DNA of 41,122 bases, taken from contig CAYYGK010000001.1 of NCBI GenBank assembly GCA_964471145.1, positions 1 through 41,122 on the forward strand, written 5' to 3'. A program made the position numbers and the translations under genes. The notes below the pieces were generated by a model. It made no database searches, had not been told where the DNA came from, and saw only the letters and a list, made by a program, of their open reading frames with translations. Of this stretch, positions 1 through 7,935 are shown piece after piece; the stretch's first letter is position 1; every line of letters begins with the position of its first letter. Origin of the DNA: an uncultured Eubacteriales bacterium. GTDB lineage: Bacteria; Bacillota; Clostridia; Acetivibrionales; STF1-152.

Positions 1-47
1 TATAACCTCTCAAGATTTTGAAGCTCCTTTTTTCTTCCAATAAACAT
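1..47 (-). CDS. 5' end (about 15 codons) of an AAA+ ATPase/DUF234-family paralog; the gene continues past the window start
   Basis: The minus strand reads GGAGG-6nt-ATG TTT ATT GGA AGA AAA AAG GAG CTT CAA AAT CTT GAG AGG TTA, giving MFIGRKKELQNLERL. This parallels the N-terminus FIGRENELSKLEKLY of the intact ATPase at 36398..37798. Confidence 0.45.
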   Translation of the reverse strand, partial: MFIGRKKELQNLERL

Positions 48-83
48 CAACAATCCTCCATTTACTGAAATACGAATAAGTTT

Positions 84-112
84 ATTATAATTAAGAAAAT
101 TTCATTTGTCAA
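84..112 (-). promoter_or_regulatory. Perfect consensus sigma-A type promoter (TTGACA-17-TATAAT) for the edge ATPase paralog
   Basis: The reverse complement of 84..112 is TTGACA aatgaaattttcttaat TATAAT. It lies about 36 nt upstream of the ATG at 47. Confidence 0.5.
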
Positions 113-320
113 AAACCTCTGAAATTTCCCCATATAACTTTTTGCAAAGCAGCAATTACCATTGGAAACAGTACAGGCACATCATAATTATTACACAAAC
201 ATGTTTATACTTTGACTAAATGGGGAAAAGAATATATGATATGCAGTATCAGTGTTGACACGGAATGCTGTTAATAATACTATGATAAAGTGAGACTAAA
301 ACTGACAAGGAGGTTTTATT

Positions 321-650
321 GTGGCTGATGACAATATTTTAACAATAACTTCAAACAATTATGACCAGGAAATTGCAAAATCTGATATACCTGTGATGGT
401 GGATTTCTGGGCACAGTGGTGCGGTCCCTGCAGGGCTGTAGCTCCTATTATGGAGGAACTTGCAGCAGAATATAAAGGTAAAGCCAAGGTAGGCAAAATA
501 AATGTTGATGAACAAGCTGAATTGGCTTCAAAATTCAGGATAATGAGCATACCGACAGTAATGCTTTTCAAAAATGGAGAACCTGTTGAAAAGGTTATAG
601 GCGCCAGGAGTAAAAAAGATTTTTCGGCATTGATTGACAAACACGTTTAA
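321..650 (+). CDS. trxA: Thioredoxin
   Basis: 109 aa with the WCGPC active site and typical thioredoxin length. GTG start 7 nt after AAGGAGG. Confidence 0.95.
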   Translation: MADDNILTITSNNYDQEIAKSDIPVMVDFWAQWCGPCRAVAPIMEELAAEYKGKAKVGKINVDEQAELASKFRIMSIPTVMLFKNGEPVEKVIGARSKKDFSALIDKHV

Positions 651-851
651 AGATAATTAGGGGGGATCGATAATTGGAATGAGAACCCCCTGTTTATCCA
701 TTTCCCGGGAGTTTTAAGTGCCTTTGCATTGCAGAGAAGGATATTACCTGTGTACATATGGTGAAATTTGTTCTATAATATGGTACATGGGTAATGTATT
801 CGTATGTGCTTAGGAACAGGTAAATAATTGTAAAGGGGGGAAACCTTTAAG

Positions 852-1283
852 ATGGCAGGACAAAAAAGGTTCAAGACTGCTCTTTTCGGTTTCAGGAAGA
901 GGGATGTAAACTATTACATAGAAAAGATGCTTAAGGAGTTTGAAGACAGGATAAAGGAAAAGGACGATGAAATTTTAAAATTAAAAGAAAAGAACAGTAA
1001 TGCAAGGGACAGGTATGAGGAGCTTGCCCGTAAAGCAGACCAGATTGAGCAAGACAGGAAGAAGATTGCTGATGTACTTATAAAAGCAGAAGAAAAAGCC
1101 GAACTTATTATACAGGAGTCGCAGGAAAAGGCAGTTAAGGAAAAGGATGGTATCGAGTCACTTATTGAGGAAGAAAAGGAAAAGCTGATTGATGTTAAGC
1201 GCGAATTGAAAGTTTTAAAGTCTGAGGTAGTAAATACATTGAGGAGATATGAGGAACAGCTCAGCGGAATGATTCAGGAATGA
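852..1283 (+). CDS. DivIVA-domain coiled-coil protein
   Basis: 143 aa. The N-terminal FGFRKRDVNYYIEKM resembles the DivIVA N-domain motif. The rest is a Lys/Glu-rich heptad-like coiled coil. A GGGGGG Shine-Dalgarno lies upstream. Confidence 0.65.
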   Translation: MAGQKRFKTALFGFRKRDVNYYIEKMLKEFEDRIKEKDDEILKLKEKNSNARDRYEELARKADQIEQDRKKIADVLIKAEEKAELIIQESQEKAVKEKDGIESLIEEEKEKLIDVKRELKVLKSEVVNTLRRYEEQLSGMIQE

Positions 1284-1290
1284 TTGGGTA

Positions 1291-1319
1291 TTGATAAGTG
1301 ACATGACACATAGTATAAT
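1291..1319 (+). promoter_or_regulatory. Candidate promoter TTGATA-17-TATAAT for the Lrp/aminotransferase/ANTAR unit
   Basis: TTGATA at 1291-1296, a 17-nt spacer, TATAAT at 1314-1319. It lies about 135 nt upstream of the ATG at 1455. Confidence 0.45.
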
Positions 1320-1454
1320 GTTCTTTACAATACTTAATAGGTATTGTAAGTGATTGTGGCAGACTGACACTGTCGGTTGCTCCTTCGGGTTATGGCATGA
1401 AGGGGTTTTTTGTTATCTGTGTGCTGTTTTGCACACTGGAAGGAGATGAGTAAA

Positions 1455-1934
1455 ATGGAGGAGCTGCTTGAAATACTTGAGGAGAACAGCAGATACACTG
1501 CAGAGCAGATTGCTGTGATGCTGGGCCGTCCGGTTGACGAAATAAGGAAAGCTATAAGGAAGCTGGAGGAAGACAATGTTATAGCGGGTTACAATGCACT
1601 GGTCAATTGGGAAAAGACTTCAAAAGAGACAGTTACCGCACTTATTGAAGTGAAGGTTACACCTCAGAGGGGAGAGGGCTTTGACAAAATTGCAGAGAGG
1701 ATATACAGGTATCCGGAGGTTAAAGCCTGTTATCTGATGTCAGGCGGATTTGACCTTACTGTATTGATAGAGGGCAAGACCCTTAAGGAGGTTGCGTTTT
1801 TTGTTTCTGAAAAACTCTCCCTTCTTGAGTCAGTTGTCAGTACTTCAACACATTTTGTTTTAAAGAAATATAAGGACAGCGGCATCATATTTGATGAAAA
1901 GAAAAAAGATGACAGGGAGGCAGTTGTCTTATGA
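1455..1934 (+). CDS. Lrp/AsnC-family transcriptional regulator
   Basis: N-terminal HTH (YTAEQIAVMLGRPVDEIRKAIRKLEE) followed by an AsnC-type ligand-binding domain. I chose the ATG at 1455, 9 nt after GGAAGGAG. The ORF-track start at 1410 reads through leader hairpins. Confidence 0.85.
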   Translation: MEELLEILEENSRYTAEQIAVMLGRPVDEIRKAIRKLEEDNVIAGYNALVNWEKTSKETVTALIEVKVTPQRGEGFDKIAERIYRYPEVKACYLMSGGFDLTVLIEGKTLKEVAFFVSEKLSLLESVVSTSTHFVLKKYKDSGIIFDEKKKDDREAVVL

Positions 1935-3121
1935 GACCGGAAGATATGATAGTTCCTGGTGTCAGAAATATGTCACCTTCAGGTATCCGTAAATATTTTG
2001 ACATGGTCAATGAAATGGAGGATGTCATCTCCCTCGGCATAGGCGAGCCTGACTTTGTAACTCCCTGGAGAATAAGGGAGGCTGGGATATATTCACTTGA
2101 AAAGGGGCATACGCATTATTCTTCAAATTCCGGATTTGCTGAATTAAGAAGTGAAATTGCATCATATATGAAACGGCGCTTTGGCCTTTCGTATGATTAC
2201 TTAAATCAGATTATTGTCACAGTAGGGGGCAGTGAGGCGATAGATATTGCATTAAGAGCTTTGGCAGGACCGGGGGATGAGGTAGTGATTCCGGAACCCA
2301 GTTTTGTGGCATACAAGGGATGCGCCAGTATAAGCGGTGCAAAATTGGTAACTGTTGAATTAAGAGACTGCGATGAATTCAGACTGACCCCTGACCTGCT
2401 TGAAAAGGCCTTGTCGGACAGGACAAAGGTGGTCATACTGCCATTTCCCAATAATCCTACCGGAGCCATTATGAAAAAGCGGGACATTGAGCAAATATCT
2501 GAATTGTTAAGAAGCAGGGATGTAATAGTTCTTTCGGATGAGCTGTATGCAGAGCTTACTTATGAAACGGAGCATGTTTCTATTGCCTCCTTTCCGGGGA
2601 TGAAGGAAAAAACAATAGTGATTAATGGTTTTTCAAAGGCTTATGCAATGACAGGTTGGAGAATCGGATATGCCTGCGGAAACAGCAGCATAATAGATGC
2701 TATGAAAAAGATACACCAATATGCCCTGATGTGTTCACCTACAACTGCCCAGTATGCAGCCATGGAGGCGCTGAGGAATGGAGATGATGAAGTGCGCAAA
2801 ATGGCCAGGGAGTATAACAGGAGGAGAAGGGTAATGGTGGACGGTTTCAGGAAAACAGGGCTGGACTGTTTTGAGCCCGGGGGGGCCTTTTATGTTTTCC
2901 CGTCAATAAAGTCTACACACCTTTCATCCGATTCTTTCTGTGAACGGCTGTTGAAGGAGGAAAAGGTGCTTGTGGTGCCCGGTACGGCTTTTGGCAGCTG
3001 TGGCGAGGGATTCATACGTGCAACCTATGCAAATTCAATGGAGAATATTATTGAAGCGGTGAGAAGGATCAGTGATTTTGTAGAAAGACTAAGCGGTCAT
3101 AAGGAAAAGCGTGGCAGGTGA
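1931..3121 (+). CDS. Class I/II PLP-dependent aminotransferase (aspartate/alanine aminotransferase-like)
   Basis: 396 aa with the NNPTG and SKAYAMTGWRIGY (PLP lysine) motifs. ATGA overlap with the Lrp gene. The pairing resembles the B. subtilis alaR-alaT arrangement (inference). Confidence 0.9.
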   Translation: MRPEDMIVPGVRNMSPSGIRKYFDMVNEMEDVISLGIGEPDFVTPWRIREAGIYSLEKGHTHYSSNSGFAELRSEIASYMKRRFGLSYDYLNQIIVTVGGSEAIDIALRALAGPGDEVVIPEPSFVAYKGCASISGAKLVTVELRDCDEFRLTPDLLEKALSDRTKVVILPFPNNPTGAIMKKRDIEQISELLRSRDVIVLSDELYAELTYETEHVSIASFPGMKEKTIVINGFSKAYAMTGWRIGYACGNSSIIDAMKKIHQYALMCSPTTAQYAAMEALRNGDDEVRKMAREYNRRRRVMVDGFRKTGLDCFEPGGAFYVFPSIKSTHLSSDSFCERLLKEEKVLVVPGTAFGSCGEGFIRATYANSMENIIEAVRRISDFVERLSGHKEKRGR

Positions 3122-3129
3122 GGGCTGAC

Positions 3130-3711
3130 ATGCGTGACAAAAAGTACATTATTGCTACAGAAGAGAACCCTTTTCATATTGAAGTGCGAAATATATTGAA
3201 CCCCTGCGGGTATGTATTTATTGAAAGGTGCAGTAATCCGGCTTTCCTGATAAGAATGGTCAGAAACTACCATCCGGATTTTGTTGTTGTTGACGACACC
3301 ATGAATTTGGGGCAGCTCAGGGTAGTCCTTGAGACTATAGATGAAGAGATGCTGTGTGCCTGTATTATTGCAGGAGGACAAAAACCGGGACTTGATGAAA
3401 TTTTGGAAAACTCAAGGGTTATTATGCTGTGCACAAAGCCTGTCAACAGGGATATACTTATAAATACGGTGGAAATGGCAAACTTAAGTTTTGCACGAGT
3501 TTCAAGGCTTGCACATCAGCTTCGTGAGATGACAGAGAATTTTGAAACAAGAAAAACCATGGACATTGCCAAGGCGCTGCTGATTAAGAGGCACGGCATA
3601 GGTGAGAAAGAGGCATACGGGAGAATAAGAACAAGGAGTATGGATATGAGGGTGTCCATGAAAGAAGTGGCTCAGGCAATAATTGAACATGAGAACATGA
3701 AGAGGAGATGA
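3130..3711 (+). CDS. Receiver-like domain plus ANTAR RNA-binding antiterminator-type regulator (PdtaR/AmiR-like)
   Basis: The C-terminal AKALLIKRHGIGEKEAYGRIRTRSMDMRVSMKEVAQAII is a typical ANTAR helix bundle. The N-terminus is CheY-like (PDFVVVDD, TKP). The ATG at 3130 follows AGGTGAGGG. An alternative GTG at 3118 overlaps the aminotransferase stop. Confidence 0.8.
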   Translation: MRDKKYIIATEENPFHIEVRNILNPCGYVFIERCSNPAFLIRMVRNYHPDFVVVDDTMNLGQLRVVLETIDEEMLCACIIAGGQKPGLDEILENSRVIMLCTKPVNRDILINTVEMANLSFARVSRLAHQLREMTENFETRKTMDIAKALLIKRHGIGEKEAYGRIRTRSMDMRVSMKEVAQAIIEHENMKRR

Positions 3712-3716
3712 TAGGT

Positions 3717-4839
3717 TTGATTGAATTGGAGCAATATGCTCAGAAAATTGATATCTTGAAAGATGAATTGGATGAAATGAGGGGATCTCTTTGACATCCC
3801 TGTCATAGAAAAAAAGATTAAGGAACTAGAGAGCGAGTCTTCCTGTCCTGAATTCTGGGATGATATTGAGAACTCTCAAAAGGTTCTCAAGGAGTTAAAA
3901 TCTCTGACTGGAACTGCTGAAAAGCTTCATTCTATCGAACAGCGGTTCGAGGATATGATCACGCTCAAGGGGCTTGCAGAGGAGGAAAATGATACTTCGG
4001 TTATTGGGGAGATAGCTCAGAGCATAGAGGAGTTGTCGGTAAAACTTCAGGAATTGAGACTGGAAACCCTGCTGTCCGGAACATATGACAGTAATAATGC
4101 CATCCTGACACTGCATGCGGGAGCGGGAGGGACTGAAGCGCAGGACTGGGTTGGCATGCTTTTGAGGATGTATACAAGATGGTGCGAAAAGAGGGGTTAC
4201 AGTATAAGCACTCTTGACTTCCTTGAAGGGGATGAGGCCGGAATAAAGAGCGCTGCTGTGCTTGTCGAGGGAGAAAATGCGTATGGCTGCCTGAGGGGAG
4301 AAAAGGGTGTGCACCGTCTTGTCAGGATATCCCCGTTTGATTCTTCCGGAAGGAGACATACATCCTTTGCATCACTGGAGGTTATGCCGGAGATAGATGA
4401 TACGGTTGAGGTGGACATCAATCCTTCAGACCTTAGGGTAGACACATACAGGTCAAGCGGTGCCGGAGGGCAGCATGTTAACAAGACCGATTCAGCTGTG
4501 AGGATAACCCATCTGCCTACAAATACAGTTGTATCCTGCCAGAATGAACGCTCACAGCATCAGAACAGGGAGAACGCAATGAAGATGCTAAGGTCAAAGC
4601 TGCTGGAACTGAAGGAGCATGAACAGAGGGAAAAAATGGATAAAATGAAGGGTGACCAGAAGGATATAGCGTGGGGAAGCCAGATAAGGTCATATGTATT
4701 CTGCCCGTATACGATGGTTAAGGATCACCGTACCGGTCATGAGGAAGGCAATGTTAATGCAGTGATGGATGGGGAACTGGACGGCTTCATAAACTCCTGC
4801 CTCGTATGGAGGTCCGACAGTGGAAAGGGTAAAGCTTAA
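3717..4839 (+). CDS. prfB: Peptide chain release factor 2, with programmed +1 frameshift (3717..3791 joined to 3793..4839)
   Basis: Frame 0 from TTG 3717 encodes MIELEQYAQKIDILKDELDEMRGSL and then TGA. The site AGGGGA-tct-CTT TGA C lies at 3780-3795. The +1 frame continues DIPVIEKK... into the 294-aa ORF, which carries the SPF and GGQ motifs. Confidence 0.95.
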
Positions 4840-4845
4840 ATAAGA

Positions 4846-5649
4846 ATGAATACAGGTGAAAAGTTTGACTATCTTAAAAGAATATTAAAGGAAACAAAAA
4901 AAGCAGCTGTTGCCTTTTCCGGTGGAGTGGACAGCTCCTTTCTTCTTTATACGGCACATAGTATCCTGGGCGATGGACTACTGGCGGTAACTGTCTGTTC
5001 AGAGCTGATGCCGCAGCAGGATATAAAAAACACTCAAGAGTTTGCCGGCAGGTATGGAATATGGCATGTAAAGATAAATGTCAATATTGATTCAATCTGT
5101 GGTTTTAGGCCCAACACGCCTGACAGGTGTTTCCTGTGTAAAAGGCATATTATGAAGGAAGTAATCAGTGCCGCCAAAAAGTACGGCATAACGCGTGTTG
5201 TGGAGGGTTCAAACACAGACGACAGATCTGATTTCAGGCCGGGGCAAAAAGCACTTGAAGAGCTGGGGGTTGAAAGCCCCTTAATCCGGGCAGGTCTGAC
5301 AAAGGCGGAAATACGCAGGGTTTCAGCGGCTCTTGGGCTTGAAACGCATGACAGGCCTGCTCAAGCATGTCTTGCTTCAAGAATACCTTACGGAGAAGAG
5401 ATTACCCGGGAAAAGCTTAAGGTCATAGAGGATGCGGAGCAGTATCTGCGGAAGCAGGGATTTACACAGGTACGTGTTCGCCATCATCAAAGCATTGCAA
5501 GAATAGAAGTTTTGCCAAGGCAAATGGAGATTCTTTTCCGTGACGGTGTGATGCAGAAAGTGGATGCCACGCTCAGGCAGCTGGGTTTTAATTATGTCAC
5601 CCTGGATCTGGGGGGATACAGGACAGGCAGCCTTAACGAGTCTTTATGA
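4846..5649 (+). CDS. larE: ATP-dependent sacrificial sulfur transferase LarE (PP-loop ATP pyrophosphatase, TIGR00268-like)
   Basis: 267 aa with the PP-loop AFSGGVDSS and the conserved ACLASRIPYG cysteine region. It starts 6 nt after the prfB stop. Confidence 0.75.
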   Translation: MNTGEKFDYLKRILKETKKAAVAFSGGVDSSFLLYTAHSILGDGLLAVTVCSELMPQQDIKNTQEFAGRYGIWHVKINVNIDSICGFRPNTPDRCFLCKRHIMKEVISAAKKYGITRVVEGSNTDDRSDFRPGQKALEELGVESPLIRAGLTKAEIRRVSAALGLETHDRPAQACLASRIPYGEEITREKLKVIEDAEQYLRKQGFTQVRVRHHQSIARIEVLPRQMEILFRDGVMQKVDATLRQLGFNYVTLDLGGYRTGSLNESL

Positions 5650-5670
5650 GTAAGGCTGCCTGACTGCAGG

Positions 5671-6480
5671 TTACCTTAAATCAACACGCCTTTCCAGCAG
5701 CATTGAAGAGACAAAGTACGATATTGAAATATAAACTGTGTACATAGCCCCCATGATCAGGGTATACTTCATTATAATGGTGTTAATGTTTATTGACATA
5801 TTGTTTTTTAAAAACACAACCGCCGGTTCGTACATCGACAGGCTTTTAAAGTCGTCCATCAGACCAAACAAGGATACAATACCCATGCTTGCAAACTGCA
5901 TGCCTGTATTCAGTGCAAGATAAAACACGATGCTTACAAGCCAGCTGTATTTGCTGCCAGACAGAAGTGTTACCGTAAGGGTTATTGCAAGCACAGCAGT
6001 TGTAATGATATTCAGCCACTGCAGCACGGTTGAAAAGGACAGCACGAATACATGACCGGCAGAGGGTATATAGTCTTTCAGATACTGCGTTATCATGCTG
6101 AAGAATTCACTGTATACACTCTTTAGTACAAGATAATCAATGACCAGAAGACCGGTAGCAATCAATACAAAAAACAGAAGCTCTGCAAGGCTTACTATCA
6201 TTTTTGCACCAATGATTTTGTAGGCACTGTTGGGGGTCAAAAACAGCATATAACCTTGCCTGCTGTTTAAGTCCCTGTAGTATGTCCGTATTCCGTCAAA
6301 CAGGACAAACAGGTACACACCTGCCGTAAGCAGTATCAGAAGTATAACTGACAGAGCCGTCCAGCTGTTTCCCTTATAAAAACCAAGCACTATCAGGCTC
6401 TGCACTACGGTGATTATAAGCACAACAACAAATACTGCATTTTTACGCCTTTGGACTTCATATTTTATGAGATTAAGCAC
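5671..6480 (-). CDS. Multi-pass membrane protein, putative permease partner of the adjacent ABC ATPase
   Basis: Several hydrophobic helices. The start is reassigned to GTG 6480, 9 nt after GGGAGG, overlapping the ATPase stop by 8 nt. The ORF-track start at 6561 lies inside the ATPase gene. Confidence 0.6.
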   Translation of the reverse strand: MLNLIKYEVQRRKNAVFVVVLIITVVQSLIVLGFYKGNSWTALSVILLILLTAGVYLFVLFDGIRTYYRDLNSRQGYMLFLTPNSAYKIIGAKMIVSLAELLFFVLIATGLLVIDYLVLKSVYSEFFSMITQYLKDYIPSAGHVFVLSFSTVLQWLNIITTAVLAITLTVTLLSGSKYSWLVSIVFYLALNTGMQFASMGIVSLFGLMDDFKSLSMYEPAVVFLKNNMSININTIIMKYTLIMGAMYTVYISISYFVSSMLLERRVDLR

Positions 6481-7171
6481 TGGTAAACACCTCCCTGTAG
6501 GTCTGTGCAATTGATTTTCCTGTTTCGGCACGCAGCTCCTCAGCATTTTTTGAAAGTACAATTTTGCCCTTCTTAATCAACATAACAGAATCCAGCAGGT
6601 TTTCAACAGCATCAATGAGGTGGCTGGATAGTATTATCGCATTGTTTTCACCAGCCTGCCGTATAATCGCATCAACTATTTTGTCCCGTGCAATAAGGTC
6701 TATGCCGTTTAACGGCTCATCCAGCATAAACAAAAGTGCATTTCTTGACATAGTCACCGCTACCCGGAGTTTTGCAGCCATGCCTGATGACAGTGATTTT
6801 ACTTTCATTTCCATATCCAGCTCCATGTATTTTACAAGCTGTGCATACCTTGCCCAGTCAAAGTCCTCATAAAAGTCCAGGTAGAACCTGCCTACCTGCC
6901 GTATTGTCATATACCTGTAAAAAAACTGTTCGGTACACATGAATGCAACGCTCTTTTTTGTCTGTGTTCCTACAGGAATGCCGGCGACTTCTGCTTTTCC
7001 GCATGTAGGATTAAGCAGTCCTGCAATTATTTTCATATAGGTGGTTTTTCCGCTGCCGTTGGATCCCAGCAAACCGTATATACCGCCTTTTTCAATTACG
7101 GTATCTGCGTCTTTAACGGCATATACCGAGCCGAATGCTTTGGTAAGACCCTCAGTTTTTAGTATTGCCAT
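6473..7171 (-). CDS. ABC transporter ATP-binding protein
   Basis: Walker A GSNGSGKTT, signature LSSGMAAKL, Walker B LFMLDEP. It overlaps the GntR gene end. Confidence 0.9.
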   Translation of the reverse strand: MAILKTEGLTKAFGSVYAVKDADTVIEKGGIYGLLGSNGSGKTTYMKIIAGLLNPTCGKAEVAGIPVGTQTKKSVAFMCTEQFFYRYMTIRQVGRFYLDFYEDFDWARYAQLVKYMELDMEMKVKSLSSGMAAKLRVAVTMSRNALLFMLDEPLNGIDLIARDKIVDAIIRQAGENNAIILSSHLIDAVENLLDSVMLIKKGKIVLSKNAEELRAETGKSIAQTYREVFTSA

Positions 7172-7529
7172 TTTCCATTACCTCTCTTTCATCAATGAAT
7201 TCATGCATGTCGGTGAAGCTGAACCCAAGCTGTTTCATGCTGCGTACAAATATATCTGCCGTTCTTTGTGCCATCTCGTTTCGAATCCGGGATATTGTAC
7301 CGGCTGATTCTGTAACAAATGTCCCCAGACCTCTTTTTGTCTGGCATATGCCCTGATCATTCAGTTCGTGATAAACACGCACGGCCGTATTTGGGTTAAT
7401 GCCGTATTCAACAGCAAGGTCCCTGCTTGAAGGTAGTCTGTCACCAGGCTTGTATACGCCCAGAACGACCTTCTGCCTGATGTCTTCAGCAACCTGCAGG
7501 TAAATGGGTGTACTCGGATTAAATTCCAT
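7152..7529 (-). CDS. GntR-family transcriptional regulator, short YtrA-like subfamily
   Basis: 125 aa. The GntR wHTH reads LPSSRDLAVEYGINPNTAVRVYHELNDQGI. A short C-terminus is typical of YtrA-type regulators, which sit in operons with ABC transporters. Confidence 0.9.
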   Translation of the reverse strand: MEFNPSTPIYLQVAEDIRQKVVLGVYKPGDRLPSSRDLAVEYGINPNTAVRVYHELNDQGICQTKRGLGTFVTESAGTISRIRNEMAQRTADIFVRSMKQLGFSFTDMHEFIDEREVMENGNTKN

Positions 7530-7542
7530 AAAATCACCTCTT

Positions 7543-7574
7543 TACTAGTGCACTATAAATATAGTACACTAGTA
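7543..7574. promoter_or_regulatory. Near-perfect 15-bp-arm palindrome, probable GntR/YtrA operator overlapping the operon promoter
   Basis: TACTAGTGCACTATA aa TATAGTACACTAGTA has one mismatch between the arms. On the minus strand, TTGACG (reverse complement of 7584-7589), 17 nt and TACTAT place the -10 element inside the palindrome. Confidence 0.6.
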
Positions 7575-7670
7575 TTATAATATCGTCAATATTTTTTTGC
7601 ACAATTTTAACTGTATATAAAGAATGCCGCTGAAAAATAATAAAACCACAAAGAAATGAGGAGGATTCAT

Positions 7671-7847
7671 ATGGACAAGTGCCAGCGGGTAATGTGTTCG
7701 GTTTCCAGCTGTATTCACAACCATAAGGACGGTAATATGTGTAATTTAGACTCAGTGCAGATAAGTGCTGCTGCCAAGTCGGACAGCGGAGCGCCCTATG
7801 ATGAAACGCTCTGTGCAAGCTACAAGCCTCACCAGAATATGAAGTAG
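7671..7847 (+). CDS. Small Cys-rich DUF1540-like protein
   Basis: 58 aa with two C-x-V-x2-C...C repeats (CSVSSCIHNHKDGNMC and a distal C). The ATG at 7671 lies 7 nt after GGAGG. Confidence 0.6.
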   Translation: MDKCQRVMCSVSSCIHNHKDGNMCNLDSVQISAAAKSDSGAPYDETLCASYKPHQNMK

Positions 7848-7857
7848 ACGAATCTGT

Positions 7858-7884
7858 CCGGGGAACATGAACCATGTTCCCCGG
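7858..7884. terminator. Strong hairpin between convergent genes (12-bp perfect stem, 3-nt loop), with no U-tract
   Basis: CCGGGGAACATG aac CATGTTCCCCGG. An A-run follows on the + strand. No T-run follows on either strand, so its role as an intrinsic terminator is uncertain. Confidence 0.4.
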
Positions 7885-7935
7885 TGCAAAAAGGGATTAC
7901 GAGGCAGTGGGCAGAAAAAGCAGGGTATAACACAG

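Noticed and set aside
660-700. AGGGGG ... CCCCCT pairing after trxA, considered as a terminator.
   Set aside because: The loop is about 21 nt, there is little internal pairing, and the T-tract is weak (GTTTAT). I could not support the call from sequence alone.
1410-1454. Longer N-terminus (MLSVCCFAHWKEMSK) for the Lrp-type regulator.
   Set aside because: The extension runs through the GTGTGC/GCACAC leader hairpin and the SD itself. The ATG at 1455 has correct SD spacing and gives a typical Lrp N-terminus.
5651-5678. Hairpin between the convergent larE and membrane-protein genes, considered as a bidirectional terminator.
   Set aside because: The stem is interrupted by a 4-nt bulge and no T-run follows on either strand. 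It is not convincing enough to annotate.
6481-6561. 27-codon N-terminal extension of the membrane protein, overlapping the ABC ATPase gene.
   Set aside because: The extension is hydrophilic and Arg/Pro-rich with no SD. The GTG at 6480 follows GGGAGG at proper spacing and gives the usual short overlap with the upstream gene.
7534-7875. 113-aa minus-strand ORF (and 7752..7949) covering the DUF1540 locus.
   Set aside because: It overlaps the GntR operator and promoter and the strong hairpin. It has no SD and an implausible composition. The + strand small Cys-rich ORF has a GGAGG-7nt-ATG and a recognisable repeat pattern.
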